DNA from: an uncultured bacterium
GTDB lineage: Bacteria; Patescibacteriota; Microgenomatia; UBA1400; PJMF01
Length of the DNA: 64,000 nt
Assembly (NCBI GenBank): GCA_903842795.1
Contig: CAIMNJ010000013.1
Location: forward strand, 5,302-69,301
Reading direction: 5' to 3'
This document shows, one piece after another, positions 48,058 to 56,395 of the stretch. A program made the position numbers and the translations under genes. How positions within the stretch are numbered: position 1 is the stretch's first letter; each line of letters starts with the position of its first letter. Below the pieces are notes generated by a model that did not search any database, was not told where the DNA came from, and worked only from the letters and a program-made list of their open reading frames with translations.

Positions 48058-50625
48058 ATGTCTAAGTTTACAGACGTCAATCAAGTAGTAGGCTTATCTT
48101 CCCAAAAAGCTGTCAAAATACTCAAGGCTGATGGTCCCAATGAGCTTTCTTCCCAAAAAAAACAAAGCAGTTTCAAACTTTTACTAAAGGTTCTTTCTGA
48201 GCCAATGCTTTTGTTGTTGGTTATTTGTGGCGTAATTTATTTATTTATGGGCGAATCTAGCGATGCAGCTATGCTGGTTTTTGCTGTTTTTGTGGTTATT
48301 GGAATTACTTTTTATCAGGAAAGAAAGACAGAGAGAACTTTAGAAGCACTCAGAAATTTATCTAGTCCCAGAGCTTTGGTAATTAGAGATGGAAAGCAAA
48401 TAAGAATTGCTGGTAGAGAAGTTGTTAAAGAAGACATTATCATTTTGCATGAGGGGGATAGAGTTCCAGCCGATGCAATTATTCTTTCTTGTGAAAATCT
48501 TTCAGTTGATGAATCTTTGCTGACTGGTGAATCAATGCCTGTTAGAAAAATGTCATGGGATGGTAAAGCCGAGCAGCAACGACCAGGTGGAGATGATTTG
48601 CCTTTTGTTTACTCTGGTTCTTTGGTTGTAAGTGGTCGTGGAATAGCTCGTGTTTCTTCTATTGGTGCCCAAACAGAAATGGGCAAAATAGGTAAAAGCC
48701 TAGAAGCTATTAAAGAAGAAGATACTCTTTTACATCAGGAAACCACCAAAATTGTTCGTTTTGTAGCTATTGTTGGAGTTATTCTTTGTTTGATTGTTGT
48801 GGCAATTTATGTTTTTGTAAAAGGTAATTTTATTCAAGGACTTTTGGCAGGTTTAACGCTTAGCATGGGTATTTTACCGGAAGAATTCCCGGTAGTTTTA
48901 TTGATCTTTTTAACTCTTGGAGCTTGGAGAATTTCCAAAAGAAAAGTTTTAGCTAGAAAATCTGCAGCTATTGAAACTCTTGGTGCAGCGAGTGTTTTAT
49001 GTACTGATAAAACTGGAACACTGACATTAAATAAAATGGAACTAACTAGTCTTTATGTGGAAAATTCTTTTTATGAGGTTAGTAATTTTGCTTCCACCGA
49101 TCTTCCTGTCAAGTTTTGTAACTTACTAGAGTATTCAGTTTTGGCTAGCCAAAAGGATCCTTTTGATCCAATCGAAAAAGAATTGATTAATACTGGTCGT
49201 GCTTACTTAACCAATACAAAATATTTGCATGAAGATTGGAGTCTGGTTCGAGAATATCCACTTTCTAAAGAATTATTGGCTCTATCTCATGTATGGCAAT
49301 CCAAAAATAAACATGATTTTATTATTGCTTCCAAAGGTGCTCCTGAAGCAATTTTCAATTTATGTCACATGAGTGAAAAACAAAAAAAAGAAATTTTGCA
49401 AAAAGTGCTTGAAATGTCTGAAAAAGGTTTGCGTGTTTTAGGTGTGGCAGAAGCCAGATTTTCTAAAGATAAATTACCAAACAATCAACATGATTTTGCT
49501 TTCGAATTTGTGGGTTTGCTTGGATTCATTGACCCGGTTCGCTCAAGCGTGCCAGCCTCTGTTAAGGAAGCTTATGAGGCTGGAATGAGAGTGATTGTGA
49601 TTACAGGTGATTATCCTGGAACCGCACAATTTATTGCTAGAAAAATTGGCATAAAAAATACAGAAGAATATATCACTGGTCCAGAGTTAGAAAAAATGGA
49701 TTATTTGGAACTGAGAAAAAAAATACAAAACATCAATATTTTTGCTAGAGTTGTGCCTGAGCAAAAACTCGCAATTGTCAACGCCCTCAAAGCGAATGGT
49801 GAAATTGTGGCTATGACTGGCGATGGAGTGAATGATGCGCCAGCCTTAAAAGCTGCACATATTGGCATTGCTATGGGTGAACGTGGAACTGACGTGGCCA
49901 GAGAAGCTGCCGCGCTAGTTTTGCTTAATGATGATTTTTCTTCAATTGTAGCCGCAGTGCGTCTTGGTAGAAGAATTTTTAGCAACATTAAAAGGGCGAT
50001 GGGCTATATTTTGGCGGTTCATGTGCCGATAGCCGGCATGTCTTTATTGCCTTTAGTTTTTGATTTTCCAGTGGTGCTGCTGCCGGCTCATATTGCCTTT
50101 TTAGAGTTAGTTATTGATCCTGCTTGTTCTGTGGTTTTTGAAGCAGAAAAAGAGGAGCATAAGGTGATGAAGGTACCACCGAGAAATATCAAAGAACCAA
50201 TGTTGAATTTCAGAATAGTTTTGATGAATTTATTGCAAGGCTTCGGAGTTTTATTGGCTAATTTTGCCTTATTTGCTTTTATGGTTAAGAGTGGCAGAGG
50301 AGAATTAGAAGCACGGTCTTTTGCTTTTGCTACTTTGGTAATTGCTAATTTGGTTTTGATTTTGGTTAATCTTTCTTGGAGAAAAAACATTTTAGAAATT
50401 ATTTTTGAAGGCAATAAATCTTTGTTTTTTGTTGCTTTTGGCACTTTGTTTTGTCTTTTTGCTGTTTTAAATGTGCCATTTTTTTCCAATATTTTTCATT
50501 TAACTGCTCTTCACTTTGATGATTTTTTAATTATCTTAACGGTAGTGTTTTTTAGCTTAATTTGGTTTGAAATATGGAAAATTTTGCGCAATCTCAATTT
50601 CTTCAAAAAAAGCTCTGGCAAATAG
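48058..50625 (+). CDS. Cation-transporting P-type ATPase (type II-like)
   Basis: DESLLTGES, PEEFP, DKTGTLT, KGAPE, TGDGVNDAPAL. Confidence 0.95.
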   Translation: MSKFTDVNQVVGLSSQKAVKILKADGPNELSSQKKQSSFKLLLKVLSEPMLLLLVICGVIYLFMGESSDAAMLVFAVFVVIGITFYQERKTERTLEALRNLSSPRALVIRDGKQIRIAGREVVKEDIIILHEGDRVPADAIILSCENLSVDESLLTGESMPVRKMSWDGKAEQQRPGGDDLPFVYSGSLVVSGRGIARVSSIGAQTEMGKIGKSLEAIKEEDTLLHQETTKIVRFVAIVGVILCLIVVAIYVFVKGNFIQGLLAGLTLSMGILPEEFPVVLLIFLTLGAWRISKRKVLARKSAAIETLGAASVLCTDKTGTLTLNKMELTSLYVENSFYEVSNFASTDLPVKFCNLLEYSVLASQKDPFDPIEKELINTGRAYLTNTKYLHEDWSLVREYPLSKELLALSHVWQSKNKHDFIIASKGAPEAIFNLCHMSEKQKKEILQKVLEMSEKGLRVLGVAEARFSKDKLPNNQHDFAFEFVGLLGFIDPVRSSVPASVKEAYEAGMRVIVITGDYPGTAQFIARKIGIKNTEEYITGPELEKMDYLELRKKIQNINIFARVVPEQKLAIVNALKANGEIVAMTGDGVNDAPALKAAHIGIAMGERGTDVAREAAALVLLNDDFSSIVAAVRLGRRIFSNIKRAMGYILAVHVPIAGMSLLPLVFDFPVVLLPAHIAFLELVIDPACSVVFEAEKEEHKVMKVPPRNIKEPMLNFRIVLMNLLQGFGVLLANFALFAFMVKSGRGELEARSFAFATLVIANLVLILVNLSWRKNILEIIFEGNKSLFFVAFGTLFCLFAVLNVPFFSNIFHLTALHFDDFLIILTVVFFSLIWFEIWKILRNLNFFKKSSGK

Positions 50626-50720
50626 TCCTATAATCTTGAAAATTTAGCTTTTGCCTGGTATAATTCGTCCTTAGGCTCACAAATCCCAAGAGTGAGTCTG
50701 CAATTGATGTTTAAGGAGGC
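50623..50720 (+). promoter_or_regulatory. Unit E promoter, leader hairpin and SD
   Basis: TAGTCCTATAA (50623-33), TTGAAA (50636-41), 17 bp, TATAAT (50659-64) with TG extension; TAGGCTCAC/GTGAGTCTG hairpin 50672-50700; AAGGAGG. Confidence 0.75.
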
Positions 50721-50724
50721 AGAA

Positions 50725-51018
50725 ATGTCTATCAAACAGCAAATCGCAGAAAAGTACGGGATCAAGGTGGAAGATCTCGTCGCGGTCATTTACTACAGTG
50801 ACCGTTCCTACACGCATGTAACCGCTTTTGGCTCTCATCTCAATCATATTGAGAAGGAAATCAAGGGCGCTCCTACCTGCAAAAACCAACAGTTCACGGC
50901 CAAGAACTGGTCTGAACTCAAGGTTGTCCCCGAAGATGGCAGCGTCGTCGATGCGTTGACGTTTGCCCTCGATGAAGGAAAAATTCTGCTTGTTTCTGGC
51001 AATCCACCAAAGCCATAA
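50725..51018 (+). CDS. 97-aa soluble orphan protein (unit E)
   Basis: AAGGAGG SD 5 nt before ATG; GC-rich (30/60 in line 50881 by hand count). Confidence 0.8.
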   Translation: MSIKQQIAEKYGIKVEDLVAVIYYSDRSYTHVTAFGSHLNHIEKEIKGAPTCKNQQFTAKNWSELKVVPEDGSVVDALTFALDEGKILLVSGNPPKP

Positions 51019-51031
51019 CAAGCGCAACCGC

Positions 51032-51065
51032 TCAGACCGAAGCTTTGTGAAAAGCTTCGGTCTGA
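51032..51065 (+). terminator. Perfect 15-bp hairpin closing unit E (lacks U-tract)
   Basis: TCAGACCGAAGCTTT-GTGA-AAAGCTTCGGTCTGA. Confidence 0.6.
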
Positions 51066-51147
51066 CAACCCTTCTCCAAAATCATTCTCCAACCAAATGA
51101 AAAACTACCACTTGTTATTTTCTTGGTATTTTGGGATACTATTCTTA

Positions 51148-51162
51148 TCCCCCAATGGGGGA
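51148..51162 (+). promoter_or_regulatory. Probable CsoR operator
   Basis: TCCCCC-AAT-GGGGGA C/G-tract inverted repeat upstream of csoR, typical of CsoR/RcnR sites. Confidence 0.7.
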
Positions 51163-51199
51163 CTAGAAAATAACTAAAACTGATAGAGGAGAAAACAAT

Positions 51200-51469
51200 A
51201 TGTTCCACACCAAAACCAAAAAGGATAACGCATTGCATCGTCTCAAAATTGCTCGCGGTCATTTGGAAAAAGTTATCAAAATGGTTGAAGATGATGTTTA
51301 TTGTATTGATGTTTTAATTCAAACCAAAGCTGTGCGCAGCGCTTTAGAAAAAGTGGATGAGGTTCTTTTGGAGGAACATCTATCTTGTTGCGTAGTTGAT
51401 CATATTAAACAGGGTAGATCCAAACAAGCAGTGACAGAAATTATGAAAGTTTTTAGTAAATCAAAATAA
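51200..51469 (+). CDS. csoR: Copper-sensing repressor CsoR
   Basis: RLKIARGHL, YCIDVL.Q, HLSCCV; heads an operon with copA. Confidence 0.9.
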   Translation: MFHTKTKKDNALHRLKIARGHLEKVIKMVEDDVYCIDVLIQTKAVRSALEKVDEVLLEEHLSCCVVDHIKQGRSKQAVTEIMKVFSKSK

Positions 51470-51477
51470 AGGTGTAT

Positions 51478-52035
51478 ATGTCCAAAGGATTGCAAATATC
51501 TCTCTTCTCCATCATCTTTTTATCAGGTATTGGTTTTGGATATTTCCTTACTCCAGAATACCAGGTGCAAAATATTCAGATGAAAAAATCTCATGACTTA
51601 GGCCAAGCAGATCAGTGGGTAGATCTGCGTTACACTGATAATATGATTGCTCATCATTTATCAGCAATCTATTTATTGGAACAAGCTTTAGCCAAAACTG
51701 ATCGCCAGGAAATAAAAGACTTGGCTAATATTGTGATTGCTGCTGATCGCGCTGGCATTGAGAGTCTTTATGCCAATAAAAAGGCTTGGTACAACAATAC
51801 CCGTCAAATAACTACTTTTAATAAAGTTAATTTGGGAGACAAAGATGAAAAGTTTGATTTGCGTTTGCTTAATGCTCTTTTAATTCATCACAAAGAGGCT
51901 ATTGAATCAGCTAAAGAAATTTCTACCAAAAGCGTGCGTAGTGAAGTTCTTAATTTAGCCGATGTAGTTAATCAATCCTTAACCGACAATTCTAAGCAAT
52001 TAGAATTATGGAGAAAGCAGTGGTATGGCATCTAA
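51478..52035 (+). CDS. DUF305 (CopM-like) membrane-anchored protein
   Basis: Two DLR....M/LI.HH..AI repeats after an N-terminal TM. Confidence 0.8.
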   Translation: MSKGLQISLFSIIFLSGIGFGYFLTPEYQVQNIQMKKSHDLGQADQWVDLRYTDNMIAHHLSAIYLLEQALAKTDRQEIKDLANIVIAADRAGIESLYANKKAWYNNTRQITTFNKVNLGDKDEKFDLRLLNALLIHHKEAIESAKEISTKSVRSEVLNLADVVNQSLTDNSKQLELWRKQWYGI

Positions 52036-54307
52036 AGAAAAAATTACTCTCAAAGTTAAGGGCATGCATTGTGCGAGCTGTGCCAATGTCATCGCCAAAA
52101 GTTTGAGTAAAATTGATGGGGTTAAAGAAGCTAATAGTTTTTATGCCACGGAAGAGGCAGTGGTTAGTTATGATGACTCTCAAACTAACGTTAAGGAAAT
52201 GAACAAAAAATTAAAGCCACTTGGTTATGAATTATTGGAAGAAAAACCAGAGATCGCAAATGATCGTGGGCAACATAATCCTAATAATCATCATCATGCT
52301 GAAATGCTTGAATTGGATAAAGAAAAAGAACAAGTTGAATTTGCTCTACCAATTGCTCTTTTTGTTTTTATTTCTATGATGTGGGAATTGGCATCTAGTA
52401 AATTTAAATTTATTCCAAGTCTTCCCTTTCCAGAATCTTTTTGGATGATGGTTCAGCTTATTTTTGCCACAATTATTCTTTTTGTCCTAGGCAAAGGTTT
52501 TTTAAGAGCCTTAATTACTTTTGTGCGTTTTGGTAAAGCCAATATGGATACTCTAGTTGGACTTGGAACTGGTGCTGCTTATTTTTATTCCTTGTTTGGC
52601 TTTTTCTTTCCTAGCTTATTGAGTCGTTTTGGTTTGCCAAATTCTTTGTATTTTGATGTGGTAATTATTGTGATTGCTTTTGTGAAATTTGGTAAATATT
52701 TGGAGGCTCGCTCCAAAATGCGCACCGGCGAAGCAGTGGCTTCTCTGATTAAATTACAGGCCAAAACAGCTTTGGTTAAACGTGGCAATGATTTTGTGGA
52801 ATTAGCGATAGAAGAAGTCAAAGTTGGAGATTTGCTCAAAATTAAACCAGGCAGTAGTGTGCCTGTGGATGGCATCATTGAAGATGGCGAATCAAATCTT
52901 GATGAATCAATGATTACTGGTGAGTCTCTACCCCTCGCGAAAGTCAAAAATGATGAAGTTGTGGCAGGTACTCTCAATATTGATGGAGTTATTTTTATTA
53001 AAGCCAAAAAAGTTGGTAAGGAAACTGTTTTAGCCAAAATTGTAGAGATGGTCAAAAATGCTCAGAATTCTAAAGCTCCTATTGAGCGTTTAGCTGATCA
53101 AGTTTCTGCTATTTTTGTACCAACAGTTTTAGTAATTGCTTTGTTGACAATTTTGACTTGGGTTTTTTGGCCAACAATTAATTTACCATTTTCTCAGGAA
53201 TTAGCTTTTGGTATTAATTGCATGATTGCTGTTTTAGTTATTGCTTGTCCTTGCGCGCTTGGTCTTGCTACGCCAACTGCGATGATTGTAGGTGTAGGCA
53301 ATGCTGCTAAAAAGGGTATTTTGATCAAAAATGCTGAGAGTCTAGAACAGCTCCATAGTGTTACCACTGTGGTTTTTGATAAAACTGGCACCCTTACTAC
53401 CGGCAAGCCAAGTTTGGAGCGTGTAATTGGTTTTTCAAATCATGGTGAAGAAGAGATTTTAAGTTTAGCAGCAGCTTTAGAAAATCACTCAGAGCATCCT
53501 TTGGCCAAAGCGGTAGTGGAAGAAGCCAAAAAGCGTCAACTTACTCTTAAAAAAGTGGAGAAATTTCAAAATTTAGCCGGTGAAGGTGTCAAAGGACAAA
53601 TTGGCAAAGCAACTTATTGGATTGGCAGTGAAAAATTTGCTTTGAACAAACATACTTTGCCAAAAACTGCTAATTTTTCTGCTAATCCTGGGGAATCACT
53701 CCTCTATTTACTTGATGAAAAAAGTATTTTGGGTGTAATCACAGTAGCTGACCAACTTAAAGAAACCACCAAAGAAGCAATCGATAAATTGAAGAAATTA
53801 AACATCAAAATGGTAATGCTTAGTGGTGATCGCCAAGATACCGCCAATCATTTTGCCAAAACATTAGGCATTAATGAAGCCATTGGCGAGGTCAAACCAG
53901 ACCAAAAATTAGCCAAAATCAAAGAGCTCAAAGCTCAAGGCGAAATTGTAGCCATGGTAGGCGATGGTGTTAATGATGCGCCGGCTCTCGCAGTCGCAGA
54001 TGTAGGTATTGCAATGAGTACTGGTACAGAAGTGGCTATGTTCACTGCTGCAGCCACAATTTTACGTGGAGATTTACTCAAAGTAGAAACTGCTATCTCT
54101 ATTTCTAAATCAGTAATGAGAGTAGTGCGTCAAAATTTATTTTGGGCTTTTGCCTACAATATTATTGGTATTCCCCTAGCAGCAGGGCTACTCTATCCGT
54201 TTTTTGGAGTGTTGCTTAATCCAGCTTTTGCTGGCATGGCCATGGCTTTTTCTAGCGTGAGTGTTGTTACTAATTCGTTAAGATTGAAATTAATCAACAA
54301 AAGTTAA
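52025..54307 (+). CDS. copA: Cu(I)-translocating P1B-type ATPase
   Basis: GMHCASC HMA domain, CPCALGLATP, DKTGT, SEHPL, YN, MAFSS. Confidence 0.95.
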   Translation: MASKEKITLKVKGMHCASCANVIAKSLSKIDGVKEANSFYATEEAVVSYDDSQTNVKEMNKKLKPLGYELLEEKPEIANDRGQHNPNNHHHAEMLELDKEKEQVEFALPIALFVFISMMWELASSKFKFIPSLPFPESFWMMVQLIFATIILFVLGKGFLRALITFVRFGKANMDTLVGLGTGAAYFYSLFGFFFPSLLSRFGLPNSLYFDVVIIVIAFVKFGKYLEARSKMRTGEAVASLIKLQAKTALVKRGNDFVELAIEEVKVGDLLKIKPGSSVPVDGIIEDGESNLDESMITGESLPLAKVKNDEVVAGTLNIDGVIFIKAKKVGKETVLAKIVEMVKNAQNSKAPIERLADQVSAIFVPTVLVIALLTILTWVFWPTINLPFSQELAFGINCMIAVLVIACPCALGLATPTAMIVGVGNAAKKGILIKNAESLEQLHSVTTVVFDKTGTLTTGKPSLERVIGFSNHGEEEILSLAAALENHSEHPLAKAVVEEAKKRQLTLKKVEKFQNLAGEGVKGQIGKATYWIGSEKFALNKHTLPKTANFSANPGESLLYLLDEKSILGVITVADQLKETTKEAIDKLKKLNIKMVMLSGDRQDTANHFAKTLGINEAIGEVKPDQKLAKIKELKAQGEIVAMVGDGVNDAPALAVADVGIAMSTGTEVAMFTAAATILRGDLLKVETAISISKSVMRVVRQNLFWAFAYNIIGIPLAAGLLYPFFGVLLNPAFAGMAMAFSSVSVVTNSLRLKLINKS

Positions 54308-55522
54308 AGCGATGCCAGTTTTGTCGGCACGGCCAGTACGACCAATGCGATGAATATAATCTTCATAGGTTTCTGGAAGATCATAGTTAATGACATGAGT
54401 CACATCTTTGATATCCAAACCTCTAGAAACTACATCAGTAGCAAGCAAGATTTGAATGCGATTTTCGCGGAATTGTTGCAAGGCTCTTTGTCTTTGGCCT
54501 TGGCTTTTATTGCCATGAATAGAGGCAACTTTGAAACCTCTTTGGTCTAAATCTCTAGTCAGTCTTTCCATGCCATGTTTAGTGCGGCCAAAAACTAGAA
54601 CTTTTTGAAATTCATCTTGAATCAAAAGATCATGAAGGACATCGATTTTGGCGCGACCTTGAATTCGGACAACATCTTGATTGATATTAGCTTTACTTTC
54701 TCTAGATTTAATAGTGACAAAAGCTGGATTTCTAAGAAAACCCTGCATAATTTCCTCCACTTTTTTGCTAGTGGTGGCAGAGAAGAACAAAGATTGTCTT
54801 TCACTTGGCAGATCACTAATAATTCTTTTAACATCATGAATGAAGCCCATATCGAGCATTCTATCCACCTCATCCAAAACAATAGTATTGAAATGAGCAA
54901 AATTTATTTTTCTTCTGTCGTTTAAATCTTTAAGACGACCTGGAGTACCAATGACGAAAGCTGGTCTTCTTTGCAAGCGCTCAATTTGGCGAGAAATAGA
55001 AGATCCACCAATCAAAATGGTGGAGAAAATTGGTAAGTTTTGACTAAAAGTCACCAATTCTTCTCTGATTTGCAAAGCAAGTTCGCGAGTTGGGGTAACC
55101 ACCAAAACTCTAGTGCTTGGATCTCTCAAAACTTTATCAATTAAGGGTAATAAAAAGGCTGCAGTTTTGCCTGTACCAGTATTGGCAATGCCAACTACAT
55201 CACGTTCTTCCAAAATGTATGGAATGATTTGATCTTGAATTGGTGTAGGAGTTTGATAACCCTTAAGAGTTAAGTTTTTCTTAATTTGTTCGTGGATGGC
55301 AAAATCAGCAAAAGCATGTTCATTTTGATAAACTTCTTCTGTGACCTGTTCTTCAATGACGGCTTTTTGGATAAACATAGAAGGGTCAAAGCTAACCGCT
55401 TTTCTCCCTCTACGATTGCCACCAAAAGATGGTCTATTCCCACCAAAAGATGGACGACCACCACGAGAGTGATTGGAATGACTACCACGAGAATTGAAAC
55501 GATGGTTTCTGTTGCTATACAT
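54290..55522 (-). CDS. DEAD-box RNA helicase
   Basis: TPIQ, ANTGTGKT, PTRELA, TPGR, DEVD, SAT, RGLD, HRIGRTGRA. Confidence 0.96.
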   Translation of the reverse strand: MYSNRNHRFNSRGSHSNHSRGGRPSFGGNRPSFGGNRRGRKAVSFDPSMFIQKAVIEEQVTEEVYQNEHAFADFAIHEQIKKNLTLKGYQTPTPIQDQIIPYILEERDVVGIANTGTGKTAAFLLPLIDKVLRDPSTRVLVVTPTRELALQIREELVTFSQNLPIFSTILIGGSSISRQIERLQRRPAFVIGTPGRLKDLNDRRKINFAHFNTIVLDEVDRMLDMGFIHDVKRIISDLPSERQSLFFSATTSKKVEEIMQGFLRNPAFVTIKSRESKANINQDVVRIQGRAKIDVLHDLLIQDEFQKVLVFGRTKHGMERLTRDLDQRGFKVASIHGNKSQGQRQRALQQFRENRIQILLATDVVSRGLDIKDVTHVINYDLPETYEDYIHRIGRTGRADKTGIALTFVD

Positions 55523-55644
55523 ATTTTTTCTTTCTTTAATCCTTCATGGGTCAAAGACAAGAAGCAATATTATGCGTGCTCAAACCAGATGAATTCTTTT
55601 AAATAAGAAACGGCATTATATCATTTAATCATTATGTTTGCAAG

Positions 55645-55846
55645 TTATAGGACATTCTAAATTGACTTTTTGAGTAAAATATCCTATAATAATTAGTTAT
55701 ATTTCTTAATTTGCTCTAGAGTATTGCACTTTAGAAGCAGGTGGAAATGTTCTTTAAAAGCCTAGGGTACAATTTTTTATGTAAGCCTTTATTTGGCCCA
55801 GACTGCGTATTCTTGCGAATACCTAGTCTGGGCCAAATAAAAAGGA
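55645..55846 (+). promoter_or_regulatory. Unit F promoter, two boxA-like motifs, leader hairpin and SD
   Basis: TTGACT (55662-67), 17 bp, TATAAT (55685-90); TGCACTTTAGAA (55725) and TGTTCTTTAAAA (55748); perfect 17-bp stem 55788-55841 abutting AAGGA. Confidence 0.78.
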
Positions 55847-55856
55847 AAAGTGCTGA

Positions 55857-56282
55857 ATGAACATCAAAGTAATCTCGTTTGTTTTGTTGGTTACGATTTT
55901 TTTCAGTTTTGCTTCGCCTGCAGGCGTGCAGGCGAACCCAGCCTCTCAAACAGTGAAAATCTGTTGGACTGAATGGGTGTTTTCTGAACAGTGTATTAAT
56001 ATCGACACTAGTTCTTACGCAAATCCAAATATCACTGCTCGATGGAATGGCGCTCAACCCTTTATGGGGATGAGGTTTGGTGGCTCGTGGGACATTTCCT
56101 ACGAAGGTGGAAGTTTTAGCATATCTCCTGATTATTTCAGGGTGACTTCCTCCAATCCAAACTTGCCTTTTACTAAGCAAGTAGATGATTTTGTGGCTGA
56201 AACTGGTGACATCGGAGAGGGTCAAGAGTTTGGTCCTTTCATAACTATCCAGTCTGGAGTCACAATCACAATTGGCGAATAG
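55857..56282 (+). CDS. Secreted beta-rich orphan protein (unit F)
   Basis: Signal peptide ending VQA, Cys pair, followed by hairpin 56293-56329. Confidence 0.8.
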   Translation: MNIKVISFVLLVTIFFSFASPAGVQANPASQTVKICWTEWVFSEQCINIDTSSYANPNITARWNGAQPFMGMRFGGSWDISYEGGSFSISPDYFRVTSSNPNLPFTKQVDDFVAETGDIGEGQEFGPFITIQSGVTITIGE

Positions 56283-56395
56283 CCAAGTTTTTTCCTGACC
56301 TACATATCGAGTTGACCCTAGGTTCAGGACCTTCTTTACAAATAATGAATTGTGATAGAATAAATGCCTGTGCTTCTAATAGAGAATCACAATTT

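Noticed and set aside
55412-55462. 21-bp tandem repeat
   Set aside because: Encodes RPSFGGN twice in the low-complexity tail of the DEAD-box helicase; ordinary.
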